Shown one piece after another: positions 1-9,369 of a DNA stretch of 58,729 nucleotides. The stretch is from positions 1-58,729 of the forward strand of contig CAYJVM010000003.1 in assembly GCA_964373665.1 (NCBI GenBank), read 5' to 3'. How positions within the stretch are numbered: position 1 is the stretch's first letter; each line of letters opens with the position of its first letter. This stretch comes from an uncultured archaeon. Lineage in GTDB: Archaea > Aenigmatarchaeota > Aenigmatarchaeia > CG10238-14 > SCSR01. The position numbers and the translations under genes are program-made. The notes under the pieces are model-generated. The model made no database searches. It saw only the letters and a program-made list of their open reading frames with translations, and was not told where the DNA came from.

Positions 1-240
1 ATACGAGATTTCTATTGAATCCTTATAGGGGTGACACATGTCATGGGATAGTACATGCGTTTTTCTGTAGGATTTAGCAATTAAGCTCGTGGCGAAAAGG
101 AAACCTATCGGAGAGATTATGGAAAAAATGACCAGTATTGTAGCATTGGACTTCTTTTTCGAAGTTTTTTCCAGCCATTGACCTAGTCTGTTAGAAGGTT
201 AACGAAAGTATTAACGATTTTCTTTACTATCCTCATGAAA

Positions 241-549
241 TCACTTGTAAGGGTACCTATAAATTTTTCGACAATTTATGCATGTTATGTTGATTGTTTT
301 CGTTTTCCTGTCCAGCCTAACTTGACTTGTTATCCCCGGCTTCAGCAAGGTGTTGCATTTCTTGCAGAACTTTCTTTTCTCTTCTGACAATCTTACATTA
401 TATCTTAAACCAATTTTTCTCGCAAGTTCTATATACCTTTTAGATCTTTCAGGATGCTTTTCGAATTCTTTCTCAGCTAGAGAGAACAGGATTTGAATTC
501 TCTCCTTTGCAATTTTTGTCTGCCAGTCCGGCTTTTGCGAGCGCCTCAT
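241..549 (-). CDS. rnp4: Ribonuclease P protein component 4 (Rpp21)
   Basis: IAKERIQILF, RYIELARKI, Zn ribbon FCKKC...CINC. Confidence 0.93.
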   Translation of the reverse strand: MRRSQKPDWQTKIAKERIQILFSLAEKEFEKHPERSKRYIELARKIGLRYNVRLSEEKRKFCKKCNTLLKPGITSQVRLDRKTKTINITCINCRKIYRYPYK

Positions 550-1310
550 TTCAAATCACCCACAAATTCTTCATAATATGATACTACTGCCGCAGCTCCA
601 AAAGATATCCACAGAACTATCTCCTCCAATGGTAATGGATTACCAAAAAAGTTAAAAACAATTATATACTTGCCAGGAAACCACCACCACCCTAATTTTA
701 AACCCACAAACTCATAAACTATGCTCAAAGAAAAAAATACCATAGTCACTTTAACAATCTTTGGTATCAATTTCGGGTGAGCCATAATAACATGGACCAG
801 TGGGGGTACAATAACTAGGCCAGCAACTATGCCATATATAAAATTAATTTTGTGGCTCACTGGTAAAAAAGCGACAAATGCCAGAAAGCTGATTGCAACT
901 AAAGCAAGGAGAAATTTATATTTCCTGCCGATTTTAGGTTGACCACTTCTAACATCTACAAACACCTGATAAACACTTACAACAAGAAAAATCCAGAATA
1001 GAAACCAGCCGAACATTTGAAAAAATATGTTAAGCGGATCGCTAACTGGAAAAGTTGGCGGTATATACCACCCAAAATTAGTCTGGATTACTACAGCCAT
1101 TAAGAGAAAGATCACAAATAAAGTCAAACTAAACAATACCGTCGTTTGCCTTATAGCAGGATATCTTATTAAGAGGTAAACTGTTGGAAAAACGAAATAA
1201 AGCAAATGTGATAAAATGACATGAGGCTTAAATACCAATATAACAATAGTCGAGAAAACAAAAAATGAAATTAGTATAGAAGCATCTAATATCTTCTTCC
1301 CAATTCTCAT
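546..1310 (-). CDS. Polytopic membrane protein with lycopene-cyclase-like domain
   Basis: Multiple TM helices; C-terminal GWWWFPG...PLPLEE resembles the lycopene cyclase domain signature; degenerate in N-terminal half. Confidence 0.45.
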   Translation of the reverse strand: MRIGKKILDASILISFFVFSTIVILVFKPHVILSHLLYFVFPTVYLLIRYPAIRQTTVLFSLTLFVIFLLMAVVIQTNFGWYIPPTFPVSDPLNIFFQMFGWFLFWIFLVVSVYQVFVDVRSGQPKIGRKYKFLLALVAISFLAFVAFLPVSHKINFIYGIVAGLVIVPPLVHVIMAHPKLIPKIVKVTMVFFSLSIVYEFVGLKLGWWWFPGKYIIVFNFFGNPLPLEEIVLWISFGAAAVVSYYEEFVGDLK

Positions 1311-1338
1311 AATTCTAATTAACTTTCAAAATTAAAAG

Positions 1339-1444
1339 TGGGGTCGCTGGGATTTGAATTCCTGAATGCCGGCCATTAAACCATACATTTCCCAGGTCGC
1401 AAGCTCCCAAAGCTCGAATCCTAACCAAGCTAGACTACGACCCC
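1339..1444 (-). tRNA. tRNA-Pro(TGG) with 32-nt intron at 53/54
   Basis: Minus strand GGGGTCG acceptor, CGAGC-TTTGGGA-GCTTG anticodon arm, CTGGG[intron]TTCAAATCCCAG-CGACCCCA. Confidence 0.93.
1359..1390 (-). other. tRNA intron, non-canonical T-arm position
   Basis: BHB: central helix CCTG/CAGG, bulges GG^A and AA^T. Confidence 0.9.
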
Positions 1445-1490
1445 AATAGACTATATAGTTGTAAAACAAATATTAAAATAAGGCAATTTT

Positions 1491-1712
1491 ATGGACAAGA
1501 ACATCGAATCTTTTCGAAAAATGGAGAAGGCGCTTATAAGGAGACATCATGGAAAAACAGCCATCTTTAGCGAGGGCAGACTAATAGTTATAGAAAAAGA
1601 CTTGAAAAAGGCTTTAAAGAGGGCGAGGCAGAAATCTAAATCTAAGGAGATTTTCATAGCTGAACTCTATACACCAGAAGAGCAGACTGCAGCTATATTG
1701 CTTGTGGCCTAA
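1491..1712 (+). CDS. Small DUF5678-like protein
   Basis: 73 aa, HHGKTAIFSEGRLIV; abuts the downstream protease gene (TAATG). Confidence 0.55.
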   Translation: MDKNIESFRKMEKALIRRHHGKTAIFSEGRLIVIEKDLKKALKRARQKSKSKEIFIAELYTPEEQTAAILLVA

Positions 1713-2089
1713 TGAAAGCATGGGACTATAAAGACGATACACCTTTTATTCCTATCAAATTAATCGGTTTTGGAAGAGAAAGTTCAAAAGAGGCTCTAGT
1801 AGATACAGGTGCCAGATATTGTGTTTTGCACGAAGCTATCGCAGAGGATTTGAAATTAGACAAGATGGACACCGTTCCGATGATAGGGTTCGGAAGCAAA
1901 AAGAAATTCTATGTAGATTTATGTATAGGATCAATTGAGATTATTGGTAGGATAGAAAACATACAGTTCGCTGTTATTAAAGAGAAAGATTATCCTGGAG
2001 AAGCACCAAAAGTAGTTATCGGCAGAAATCTACTTAACAAATTCAAGATAACATTAGACGGTAGAAATAAGAAAATCTATTTGGAATGA
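1712..2089 (+). CDS. Retropepsin-like (clan AA) aspartyl protease
   Basis: ALVDTGA catalytic motif; C-terminal IGRNLL. Confidence 0.85.
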   Translation: MKAWDYKDDTPFIPIKLIGFGRESSKEALVDTGARYCVLHEAIAEDLKLDKMDTVPMIGFGSKKKFYVDLCIGSIEIIGRIENIQFAVIKEKDYPGEAPKVVIGRNLLNKFKITLDGRNKKIYLE

Positions 2090-2237
2090 TGGGGATGCCG
2101 AGATTTGAACTCGGGCTGCAGCCACCCCTTAGCCACCAACCAGTCTGAAATTGCAGAGCAAATCAGAGCTGGGACAGAATGCAAGCATTCTGTAATCACG
2201 GTTAAGGCTGAGTACTGCCAAGCTATACTACATCCCC
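2090..2237 (-). tRNA. tRNA-Pro(GGG) with 75-nt intron at 33/34
   Basis: GGGGATG acceptor, CAGCC-TT[intron]GGGGT-GGCTG, CCGAG-TTCAAAT-CTCGG-CATCCCCA. Confidence 0.9.
2129..2203 (-). other. tRNA intron, non-canonical 33/34 position
   Basis: BHB: central helix AGCC/GGCT, bulges TT^A and AA^G. Confidence 0.88.
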
Positions 2238-2270
2238 AACAATATTTGATATAAAAACAATTCTTTATAT

Positions 2271-3536
2271 ATGGCTTACGAGACTATAGTCGGCAGGACT
2301 AAAGAAGACTTGGAAAAGTCAGGCGTTGAAGCTGCTGGATACATAGGGAAACATATCGTAGGCACAGGCGAAGACGCTCATTTGACGACCAAAGTCATGC
2401 TTGATTTGTTGAAGCCCCATGTAATTCTTGTTTCTGGCAAGCGCGGGAGCGGTAAAAGCTACTCAGCAGCAACCATCTTGGAGGAATTCTGCATGTTGCC
2501 TGAAAAGTACCGCCAAAAGATGGCGTTCGTGGTCTTTGATCCTGTCGGCATCTATTGGAGCATGAAGATCCCCAACGAAGAACAAATAAAATTGCTGATG
2601 GAATGGGGGCTTGAGCCGAAAGAATTCAAAAATGTCAAAGTCTATGTGCCGGAGAGCCAAGTCGAGCAGTATGAAAATGCTGAAATTCCTGTTGACGGCA
2701 CGATATCTATTGCACTAGGTGAGTTGACTGCAGAGGATTTGGTTCTGGCGTTTGAGCTTGAAAGAACCAGCGAGCTTGCCGTCACATTGGAGAAGAATTT
2801 CAACCAGCTAGCAAAATCCGACAAACTTTTCGGCATAGATGATCTGATTGATTTAATCTCAAGCGACAAAAGATCTAGGAAAGAAGTGAAGGATGCTCTA
2901 ATAAATTTCTTGGAACTGCTGTCCCAATGGGAGGTGATTAAGAAGGAAGGCGTAAAAATTAAGGATTTGGTCAAGCCCGGGGAAGTGGTAGTTTTAGATT
3001 TCTCAAGGCTGAAATCGCAACAAGTAAGGACGTTGGTCGCAGGAATAATATCACGGGAAATACTGCATCAGAGAATTCTGGCAAGAAAGTCGGAAGAGGT
3101 GGCAAAAATCAGCGGCGAGTCAAGCAAATCAAAGTTTCCGCTTACATGGCTGATCTATGAGGAGGCGCACAATTTTTGTCCGTCAGAAGGTGAAGTCAGT
3201 TCAAGTGCAGACATCAAAAGAATAGCGAAAGAAGGAAGAGAGCCAGGCGTAGGCTTGATCGCCATAACGCAAATGCCCAACAGGATCCATCAGGACATCA
3301 TATCGCAGGTGGACATTGTCATTTCTTTCAGGCTGACGAGTAAAGACGACCTGCAAGCATTGCATAGTGTTTACCAGACATACATGCCAGAACAGCTGGA
3401 GAAGCTTGTCAACAACTTGCCTAGAAATTTGATTGGAAGCGCAATTATCCTGGACGATACACTTGAAAAAATATTCTCGGTTAATATAAGGCCTAGATTA
3501 AGCCGTCACTCAGGCGGAACTGCACAATTATTCTAA
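2271..3536 (+). CDS. HerA/FtsK-like ATPase (DUF87 type)
   Basis: Walker A GKRGSGKS, FDPVG, Walker B IYEEAHNF, EGREPG, TQMP. Confidence 0.85.
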   Translation: MAYETIVGRTKEDLEKSGVEAAGYIGKHIVGTGEDAHLTTKVMLDLLKPHVILVSGKRGSGKSYSAATILEEFCMLPEKYRQKMAFVVFDPVGIYWSMKIPNEEQIKLLMEWGLEPKEFKNVKVYVPESQVEQYENAEIPVDGTISIALGELTAEDLVLAFELERTSELAVTLEKNFNQLAKSDKLFGIDDLIDLISSDKRSRKEVKDALINFLELLSQWEVIKKEGVKIKDLVKPGEVVVLDFSRLKSQQVRTLVAGIISREILHQRILARKSEEVAKISGESSKSKFPLTWLIYEEAHNFCPSEGEVSSSADIKRIAKEGREPGVGLIAITQMPNRIHQDIISQVDIVISFRLTSKDDLQALHSVYQTYMPEQLEKLVNNLPRNLIGSAIILDDTLEKIFSVNIRPRLSRHSGGTAQLF

Positions 3537-3925
3537 GCTTGAGCTTTTAGGAAATCCGGTTTGATGTTTTCCTCCAATATAGCTCTAAATGATTCTTGGC
3601 TAGCATCATCTAGAACAACTTCGTACCCGTTTGCACTGTGAATTATGGAGACTTTGCCGTCAAGACCATACAAGTGCAATAACATTCTAACATTTAAAGC
3701 AATTGAATTTGCCAAGTCACCGCCCCTTGCGCCTCTGTGGTTACCATGGTGTTGATTGCGGAGCACTTTGTACCGGCCAGATTGGTAAAGCTGCTGAGAT
3801 GCTGTCTCATCGTCTCCCAACCTAGTTTTTTCTATGTAAACATAAAATCTACGGGCTTGACCGTAATTAGGATCAGCTAATCCATCTTTGGTTAGTGTAG
3901 ACTGCATAGTACTTGGCATACCCAC
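3533..3925 (-). CDS. Hypothetical protein
   Basis: 130-aa ORF filling the gap between two genes; no motif recognised. Confidence 0.6.
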   Translation of the reverse strand: MGMPSTMQSTLTKDGLADPNYGQARRFYVYIEKTRLGDDETASQQLYQSGRYKVLRNQHHGNHRGARGGDLANSIALNVRMLLHLYGLDGKVSIIHSANGYEVVLDDASQESFRAILEENIKPDFLKAQA

Positions 3926-3951
3926 TATTTACAATTAAACAGCAAACTTAA

Positions 3952-5517
3952 TTAACCTAAAATCTTGCTGACAGTCCCTATACCTTTCGTCTTTCCTTCC
4001 CTGAAAACAAATCTGTCACCCTCTTCCATGTAATGCGGCGAATATTTGAACGTGAACTTGACTTTCCCTGTCTCGCCCGCTTTCAAATATTCCTTGTCCA
4101 TGAAATCAATTTTTGCAGATTCGGCAACTGTGAAAAGATGAACGACAGGCTCATAACCGTTTGTTATTCTTGTAGGATGCGTCAATACAAGTATATCAGC
4201 TTCAAAACTCTTGACAGGTTTCGGGTTCAGCTCAGCATCACACATTATCATCCCCCTTTCAATATCATCATGGTTAATTCCTCTTATTGCAATCCCGACA
4301 ACAAATCCGGTATCAGCTTCCGATATCCTGTGGTAATGGGTCTCGATGCTGGTTGCCTTCACCCTCTTGAATTTACCTGTCGACTCAGGACCTAACATCA
4401 ACTCTTTACCAGCTTGCAACTTCCCTTGCTTAATAGTCCCAGAAACTACCGTGCCAACACCTGAAATATTATAGATTTTATCAACGAACATTAAAAATGG
4501 TTTGTCAGTATTCTGCCTCCTTTCAGGCAAAGTCGTCAGCAATTTGTTGAGAAATTCATAGCCTTCCAATGTTACTGACGAAGTTTTTATCATAGGGACA
4601 ATCGTACCCATCTTGTCTATGACAACATTCAAGTCATTCTCATCCTTTATCAGATAAGGAATTCTCCCCACGTTTTTCAACATACCCTCTATCTGCAATT
4701 CAGCTTCCTCCACCCTTTTTCTGCCAACTCTGTCGACTTTTGTCATGCAAACTATAACCGGTATGTTCATCGCAAGCAGGAGCCCCAAATGTTCTTTAGT
4801 TATGTGCGTAACACCATCATCGACCGCCACTACAAGCAAGCCGTAATCGATGTCTTGACCTACAACACCGCGAATAGTTGTTTTCAAAAATCCTTCATGG
4901 CCAGGCGCGTCCACAAAGCTGACAAGTCTGTCAGCCTGCTCCACAACCCTGCTTCTTTCACGCTTATCCAACGGATTTTTCAGGTGGATAGGCTTGTTGT
5001 CCTTAAAGCCTAGCAGTGCATAATGCAAGTCTGCAGATAAATTCCTTTCAATTTCATGGGGTAAACGATCCAAAAACAACCAATTAGTATGTTCTCCATC
5101 CCGTTTCCCAGTCATTAACGTACCAATTAATGTTGACTTACCATGGTTTACGTGACCTGCGGATGAAATTACGATATGTGATTTGAAGCCATTTGTAGAA
5201 GCCTTGTTGATAACAATTTTACCGAGTAAGTTTCCGTTATCAGTAAATTTTTCGACTTTGGTGATATTCGCATTGTTTTCAGAAGCTATGACCTTCAACA
5301 CGTTCAATGTCTCTTCAAACTCTAAATCACTCAGCCCCTTAGTTTTTCCATCATCGTCAACACCAATGACATAAACAGCAGTGCCTTTGCCTAGCTCCAG
5401 CAAATACTTCATCTGCGACGCCAGATGCTGCCTCTTCGAGTCCTTCAGATGGATGCTGGGAATGAGCTTCTCCTTAAATTCGATATTCTTGTTTTCCTTA
5501 CTCGGCACTATACCCAT
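3952..5517 (-). CDS. GTPBP1-like translational GTPase (EF-Tu superfamily)
   Basis: N-terminal NIEFKE...IGVDDDG domain; G1 GHVNHGKST, G3 DAPGH, G4 TKVD; FREGKTKGIG tail. Confidence 0.88.
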   Translation of the reverse strand: MGIVPSKENKNIEFKEKLIPSIHLKDSKRQHLASQMKYLLELGKGTAVYVIGVDDDGKTKGLSDLEFEETLNVLKVIASENNANITKVEKFTDNGNLLGKIVINKASTNGFKSHIVISSAGHVNHGKSTLIGTLMTGKRDGEHTNWLFLDRLPHEIERNLSADLHYALLGFKDNKPIHLKNPLDKRERSRVVEQADRLVSFVDAPGHEGFLKTTIRGVVGQDIDYGLLVVAVDDGVTHITKEHLGLLLAMNIPVIVCMTKVDRVGRKRVEEAELQIEGMLKNVGRIPYLIKDENDLNVVIDKMGTIVPMIKTSSVTLEGYEFLNKLLTTLPERRQNTDKPFLMFVDKIYNISGVGTVVSGTIKQGKLQAGKELMLGPESTGKFKRVKATSIETHYHRISEADTGFVVGIAIRGINHDDIERGMIMCDAELNPKPVKSFEADILVLTHPTRITNGYEPVVHLFTVAESAKIDFMDKEYLKAGETGKVKFTFKYSPHYMEEGDRFVFREGKTKGIGTVSKILG

Positions 5518-5556
5518 AATACTCAGATACTGATTTACAAAATATCCTTATAAAGT

Positions 5557-6327
5557 TCATTCAGGCAGCACATTTCCGACAAAGAAGATCACCAAAACAC
5601 CTAAAATTATCAGGAGTACTTGAAGCAGGGATGCGTGAAGCTTCTTTTCCCTGTGCGTCTCTGGCAGAAGGTCAGTGCTAGCTATGTAGATGAACCCTCC
5701 AGAAGCAAAAGCAAGCACAGCCGGTATGAACCCTTCAAACAAAGGAAAGTAGTGAAAGCCAAGCAGGAATCCTGCAACTGCAGTCATTTGGGCAAACAGG
5801 CTGTAAAGGATAATTTTAGCTCTAGTAAACTTTGCATGTAGCAGGATTGCGAACTCGCCCATCTCCTGGGGCAACTCGTGGAACAATACTGCAAGGGAAG
5901 TCGTAATGCCTATCCTAAAGTCGATCAAGAATCCCGCTGCTATAACAAGACCATCTATAAAGTTGTGAAGAGAATCACCCAGTGTGATGAGATAGCCCGC
6001 AGGATGTATAGTTTCATCAGGATGATGTCTTTTCTTGTGGGATGTAATATGCTCCACGGAATGGTGGTGGTACCAGAGCAACGTTTTTTCCAGAAGATAA
6101 AACACAAGCATACCTACAAGGGAATATGTCAAGATGCTAGTTCCAGCTCTCAGGGCTTCCGGAAGCAAGTCCAAAAATACAACTCCGAGCAAAGCGCCGA
6201 TGGCAAAATTTATGAAGTACATTGAAAATAATTTGGCCAATTTTTCACGCCATATGAGAAGCAAGCCACCGGCTATACCCAGAACACTGATCGCAAAAAC
6301 TATAACAAGTGCTTCGAAGAACACCAT
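5557..6327 (-). CDS. ZIP family metal transporter
   Basis: His-rich loop HHHSVEH; HNFIDG; HELPQEMGE; start trimmed to ATG at 6327. Confidence 0.92.
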   Translation of the reverse strand: MVFFEALVIVFAISVLGIAGGLLLIWREKLAKLFSMYFINFAIGALLGVVFLDLLPEALRAGTSILTYSLVGMLVFYLLEKTLLWYHHHSVEHITSHKKRHHPDETIHPAGYLITLGDSLHNFIDGLVIAAGFLIDFRIGITTSLAVLFHELPQEMGEFAILLHAKFTRAKIILYSLFAQMTAVAGFLLGFHYFPLFEGFIPAVLAFASGGFIYIASTDLLPETHREKKLHASLLQVLLIILGVLVIFFVGNVLPE

Positions 6328-6384
6328 AAAATACTTTAAAAATTTCCTTTTAAATAACAACTATCTAAACATAAAGGTGAGTTT

Positions 6385-7155
6385 ATGGCGCTAAAGCAGG
6401 GAATGCCAAGGCATGGAGAGTTGGTCATCTGTACGGCGAAAAAGATCAGCCAGTTCGCCGCTTGGTGCAATGTCGAAGAATATGGCATAGAAGGGATGAT
6501 CCATATCTCCGAAGTCGCTGGAAAATGGGTGCACGATATTAAAAAATTTGTCAAAGCAGAAAAGCAGTATATAGCCAAAGTTGTCAAAATAGATCCAAAC
6601 GCAAAAACAGTCGACCTTAGTCTGAAAAGGGTATCCAAGAGCGAGGAAAAGAGCAAATGGAATCAGTTCAGGAGAGAACAGCGCGCGGACAGCATCTTGA
6701 AGATTATGGCGCACGAGATAAAACTGCCTATAGAGCAGGTCTATGAAGAAATCAAGTTTCCACTTTTGGAAAATTTTGGCAGCCTTTACAGCGCGTTCGT
6801 AGAGATAAAGAAATCACCTGAGATTCTAGAAAAGATTGGCATTCCAAAGAAATGGCATGACGGCATCGTCAAGGTCGTCCAGAAGAGCCTTGTTGACAAA
6901 GAGTATGTGATAAAAGCAGAGCTGCAGATGCAGAGCTATGCCAGCGATGGCATCAGAAAAATCAAGTCTGTGCTTGAAACCCTGGAAAAGAAGGGTATAA
7001 ATGTGACATACATCTCAGCGCCGAAGTATTTGCTCGAAATCAAAACAAAATCACCAAAAGCGGACGGGAGAAAGTTCGAGCAGGACATAGAAAAGGCGAT
7101 TGAAGACGCAGGAAAGCTCAGCTTGGAATCCAAATACAGCTTGATAGAAAGTTAG
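6385..7155 (+). CDS. eif2a: Translation initiation factor a/eIF2 alpha
   Basis: S1 domain EGMIHISEV, VDLSLKRV, YISAPKY; synteny with nop10. Confidence 0.95.
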   Translation: MALKQGMPRHGELVICTAKKISQFAAWCNVEEYGIEGMIHISEVAGKWVHDIKKFVKAEKQYIAKVVKIDPNAKTVDLSLKRVSKSEEKSKWNQFRREQRADSILKIMAHEIKLPIEQVYEEIKFPLLENFGSLYSAFVEIKKSPEILEKIGIPKKWHDGIVKVVQKSLVDKEYVIKAELQMQSYASDGIRKIKSVLETLEKKGINVTYISAPKYLLEIKTKSPKADGRKFEQDIEKAIEDAGKLSLESKYSLIES

Positions 7156-7160
7156 ATTCG

Positions 7161-7331
7161 ATGAAACTCAGGAAATGTCCCAGCTGCAAAACATACACTT
7201 TTAAACAGACTTGCACAAAGTGTAATAAAGAAGCTATAAATCCTCACCCGCCCAAATATTCCCCTGAGGACATTTACGGCGAATTTAGGAGGAAAATGAA
7301 GGCAGAGTTGCATGTCAACAGAGATATTTGA
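7161..7331 (+). CDS. nop10: Nop10 H/ACA RNP protein (56 aa, not in ORF track)
   Basis: My translation MKLRKCPSCKTYTFKQTCTKC...PHPPKYSPEDIYGEFRR; conserved eif2a-nop10-PAC2 order. Confidence 0.93.
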   Translation: MKLRKCPSCKTYTFKQTCTKCNKEAINPHPPKYSPEDIYGEFRRKMKAELHVNRDI

Positions 7332-8112
7332 ATTGGACAAGCCTAATCTGAAGAACCCTATATTCATAGAAGGTTTGCCGGGGATAGGCCATGTGGGAAG
7401 GATTTCCGCAAGCTATCTGGTGGAGGAGCTAAAGGCAAAGAAATTCGCGGAACTGGTTTCGTCGCATTTTATGCACTATGTGCTTTTGAAGCAGTCATCA
7501 GCTGTCCATTTGCTGAAGAACGAGTTTTATTATTACAAAGCAAAAGGAAGCAGCCAAAGAGATTTGATAATACTTGTCGGCGATTCGCAGAGCGTGGACC
7601 CCGAGGGGCACTATGAGATTGCGTACAAGATCCTGGAGTTTGTGAAGAAATATGGAGTTAAAGAAATGATTACGCTTGGCGGGTTGGGGATAGGCGAGGC
7701 GAAGGAAAAGCCCAAAGTTGTCGGAGCGGTCAGCCACGAAGGAATGGACAAAAAATACAAGAGCTACGGCATAGACTTTAACACGGCAAGCAAAGTGGGG
7801 ACAATTATTGGAGCATCTGGGCTTTTGTTGGGGCTGGGAAAACTTTATGACATGAAAGGATTGTGTTTGTTGGGCGAGACGACCGGCTACCCAATTTTGC
7901 CGGATCCAAAGGCCGCGGAAGAAGTTCTGAGGGTTCTATCTAAAATCCTAAATCTGAAAATAGAGACTGCAAAGCTGGACAAGAAGATAAAAGAAATGGA
8001 AGAATTCATCAGGAAGATGGAGGATATGCAGAGGAAGGTCGTCGGCCAAATGATGCAGCAGCAGATGCCGCAGAAGAAAGATGGCAATGAAGAGCTGAGC
8101 TATATAGGCTAG
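7312..8112 (+). CDS. PAC2 family proteasome assembly chaperone
   Basis: IEGLPGIGHVG, GDSQS, ITLGG, PDPKAA, C-terminal YIG. Confidence 0.9.
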   Translation: MSTEIFELDKPNLKNPIFIEGLPGIGHVGRISASYLVEELKAKKFAELVSSHFMHYVLLKQSSAVHLLKNEFYYYKAKGSSQRDLIILVGDSQSVDPEGHYEIAYKILEFVKKYGVKEMITLGGLGIGEAKEKPKVVGAVSHEGMDKKYKSYGIDFNTASKVGTIIGASGLLLGLGKLYDMKGLCLLGETTGYPILPDPKAAEEVLRVLSKILNLKIETAKLDKKIKEMEEFIRKMEDMQRKVVGQMMQQQMPQKKDGNEELSYIG

Positions 8113-8150
8113 TCTAATCTTTAAAAGCGTTTTCCGACAATAAGATATTC

Positions 8151-8774
8151 ATGACCACGAAGCTTTTGATGTCTCAGGAGGATTATCTGGCCTCAGGCGT
8201 ACATATAGGCATGAAACAGAAGGTAGCGCAGATGAAGCCGTTCATATATAAGGTAAGAGAGGACGGCCTGGCGGTTATGAATTTAAGCAAGATTGACGAA
8301 AGGATAAAGACGGCAGCCAAGTTCTTGGCGGGCATGGAGAATATACTGGTCGTCACGAGAAAATCGATAGCCTTTACGTCGATAAGAAAATTTGCGGAAG
8401 CAGTCAACGCAAGAGTTATAACAGGCAGGTTTATGCCTGGAACATTGACGAACCCGACCTACAAAAATTTTTATGAGGCACAAGCAATAGTGGTTGTAGA
8501 TCCGTTGACAGATCATCAGGCTCTGCAGGAAGCTGTCAAAGCGCGCGTGCCCGTAGTGGCTATATGCGACACCTTCAATGAAACAAAGGACATAGACCTG
8601 ATAATTCCGGCCAACAACAAGGGCAGAAGGTCAGTCGCCACAATTTTCTGGCTTTTAGCGCGCGAAATTCTGAGCGAGAGAGGGAACAAGTCAGACGGCG
8701 AATTCAAGTATGAGATTAAAGACTTTGAAGGGGCAGAAACAAGTTCCGATCAAGATTTTAGAAAAAGCGAATAA
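8151..8774 (+). CDS. rps2: 30S ribosomal protein S2
   Basis: YLASGVHIG, GRFMPGTLTNP, IPANNKG. Confidence 0.96.
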   Translation: MTTKLLMSQEDYLASGVHIGMKQKVAQMKPFIYKVREDGLAVMNLSKIDERIKTAAKFLAGMENILVVTRKSIAFTSIRKFAEAVNARVITGRFMPGTLTNPTYKNFYEAQAIVVVDPLTDHQALQEAVKARVPVVAICDTFNETKDIDLIIPANNKGRRSVATIFWLLAREILSERGNKSDGEFKYEIKDFEGAETSSDQDFRKSE

Positions 8775-8869
8775 CTACATTAGAGTAATCTCACATCTTT
8801 GGAATATATTTTCACAAATAGAAAAGGGTATTTATACTCAAACAAAATTTCATCTGTTGGAGGCTAAAA

Positions 8870-8885
8870 CCACAAGATGTTGTGG
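8870..8885. promoter_or_regulatory. NrdR box (operator of nrdR-nrdJ)
   Basis: CCACAAGATGTTGTGG fits the acaCwAtATaTwGtgt consensus; lies within palindrome AAAACCACAA-GATG-TTGTGGTTTT (8866-8889). Confidence 0.8.
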
Positions 8886-8916
8886 TTTTTTAAGCACCGG
8901 ACCACAATTGTTAACC

Positions 8917-9366
8917 ATGAAATGCCCATATTGCGATAGCGAAGACACAAAAGTTATCGACAAGAGAGCAAGCGACGACAAGGCCTTCAGAAGAAGAAGG
9001 GTATGTGAAAAGTGCGAGAAAAGGTTCACGACCTACGAAAGGATCGAAGTCGTGCCTTTGACAGTGATAAAGAGGGACGGCGACAGAGAAGACTTTGATA
9101 GGAACAAGATAAGACTGGGCATAATGCATGCGTGTGAGAAGAGGCCGATACCTCAGGAAAAGATCGAGAAAATTGTGGATGAAATAGAAAATGAGCTGTT
9201 AAGCATGGACACGACGGAAATAAAAAGCAGGACAGTGGGCAATCTTGTTGTCGACAAGCTGAAGGACTTGGACGAGGTCGCATATATAAGATTCGCTTCT
9301 GTCTACAAGAAATTCAGGGACATTGAATCTTTTGAGAAGGAATTGAAGGAACTGAAAAAAGGTTGA
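8917..9366 (+). CDS. nrdR: Transcriptional repressor NrdR
   Basis: MKCPYC...RRRRVCEKC..RFTTYE; ATP-cone; DEVAYIRFASVY; start trimmed to 8917. Confidence 0.96.
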   Translation: MKCPYCDSEDTKVIDKRASDDKAFRRRRVCEKCEKRFTTYERIEVVPLTVIKRDGDREDFDRNKIRLGIMHACEKRPIPQEKIEKIVDEIENELLSMDTTEIKSRTVGNLVVDKLKDLDEVAYIRFASVYKKFRDIESFEKELKELKKG

Positions 9367-9369
9367 TTT

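Noticed and set aside
2129-2203. C/D-box guide RNA in the tRNA-Pro(GGG) intron
   Set aside because: GTGATTA lacks the second GA of box C, and the CTGA is paired in a stem with TCAGA.
3952-5517. SelB or EF-1alpha
   Set aside because: The N-terminal extra domain and C-terminal FREGKTKG match the GTPBP1 family instead.
8710-8916. N-terminal extension of NrdR in the ORF track
   Set aside because: It overlaps rps2 and covers the promoter and operator; the family starts at MKCP.
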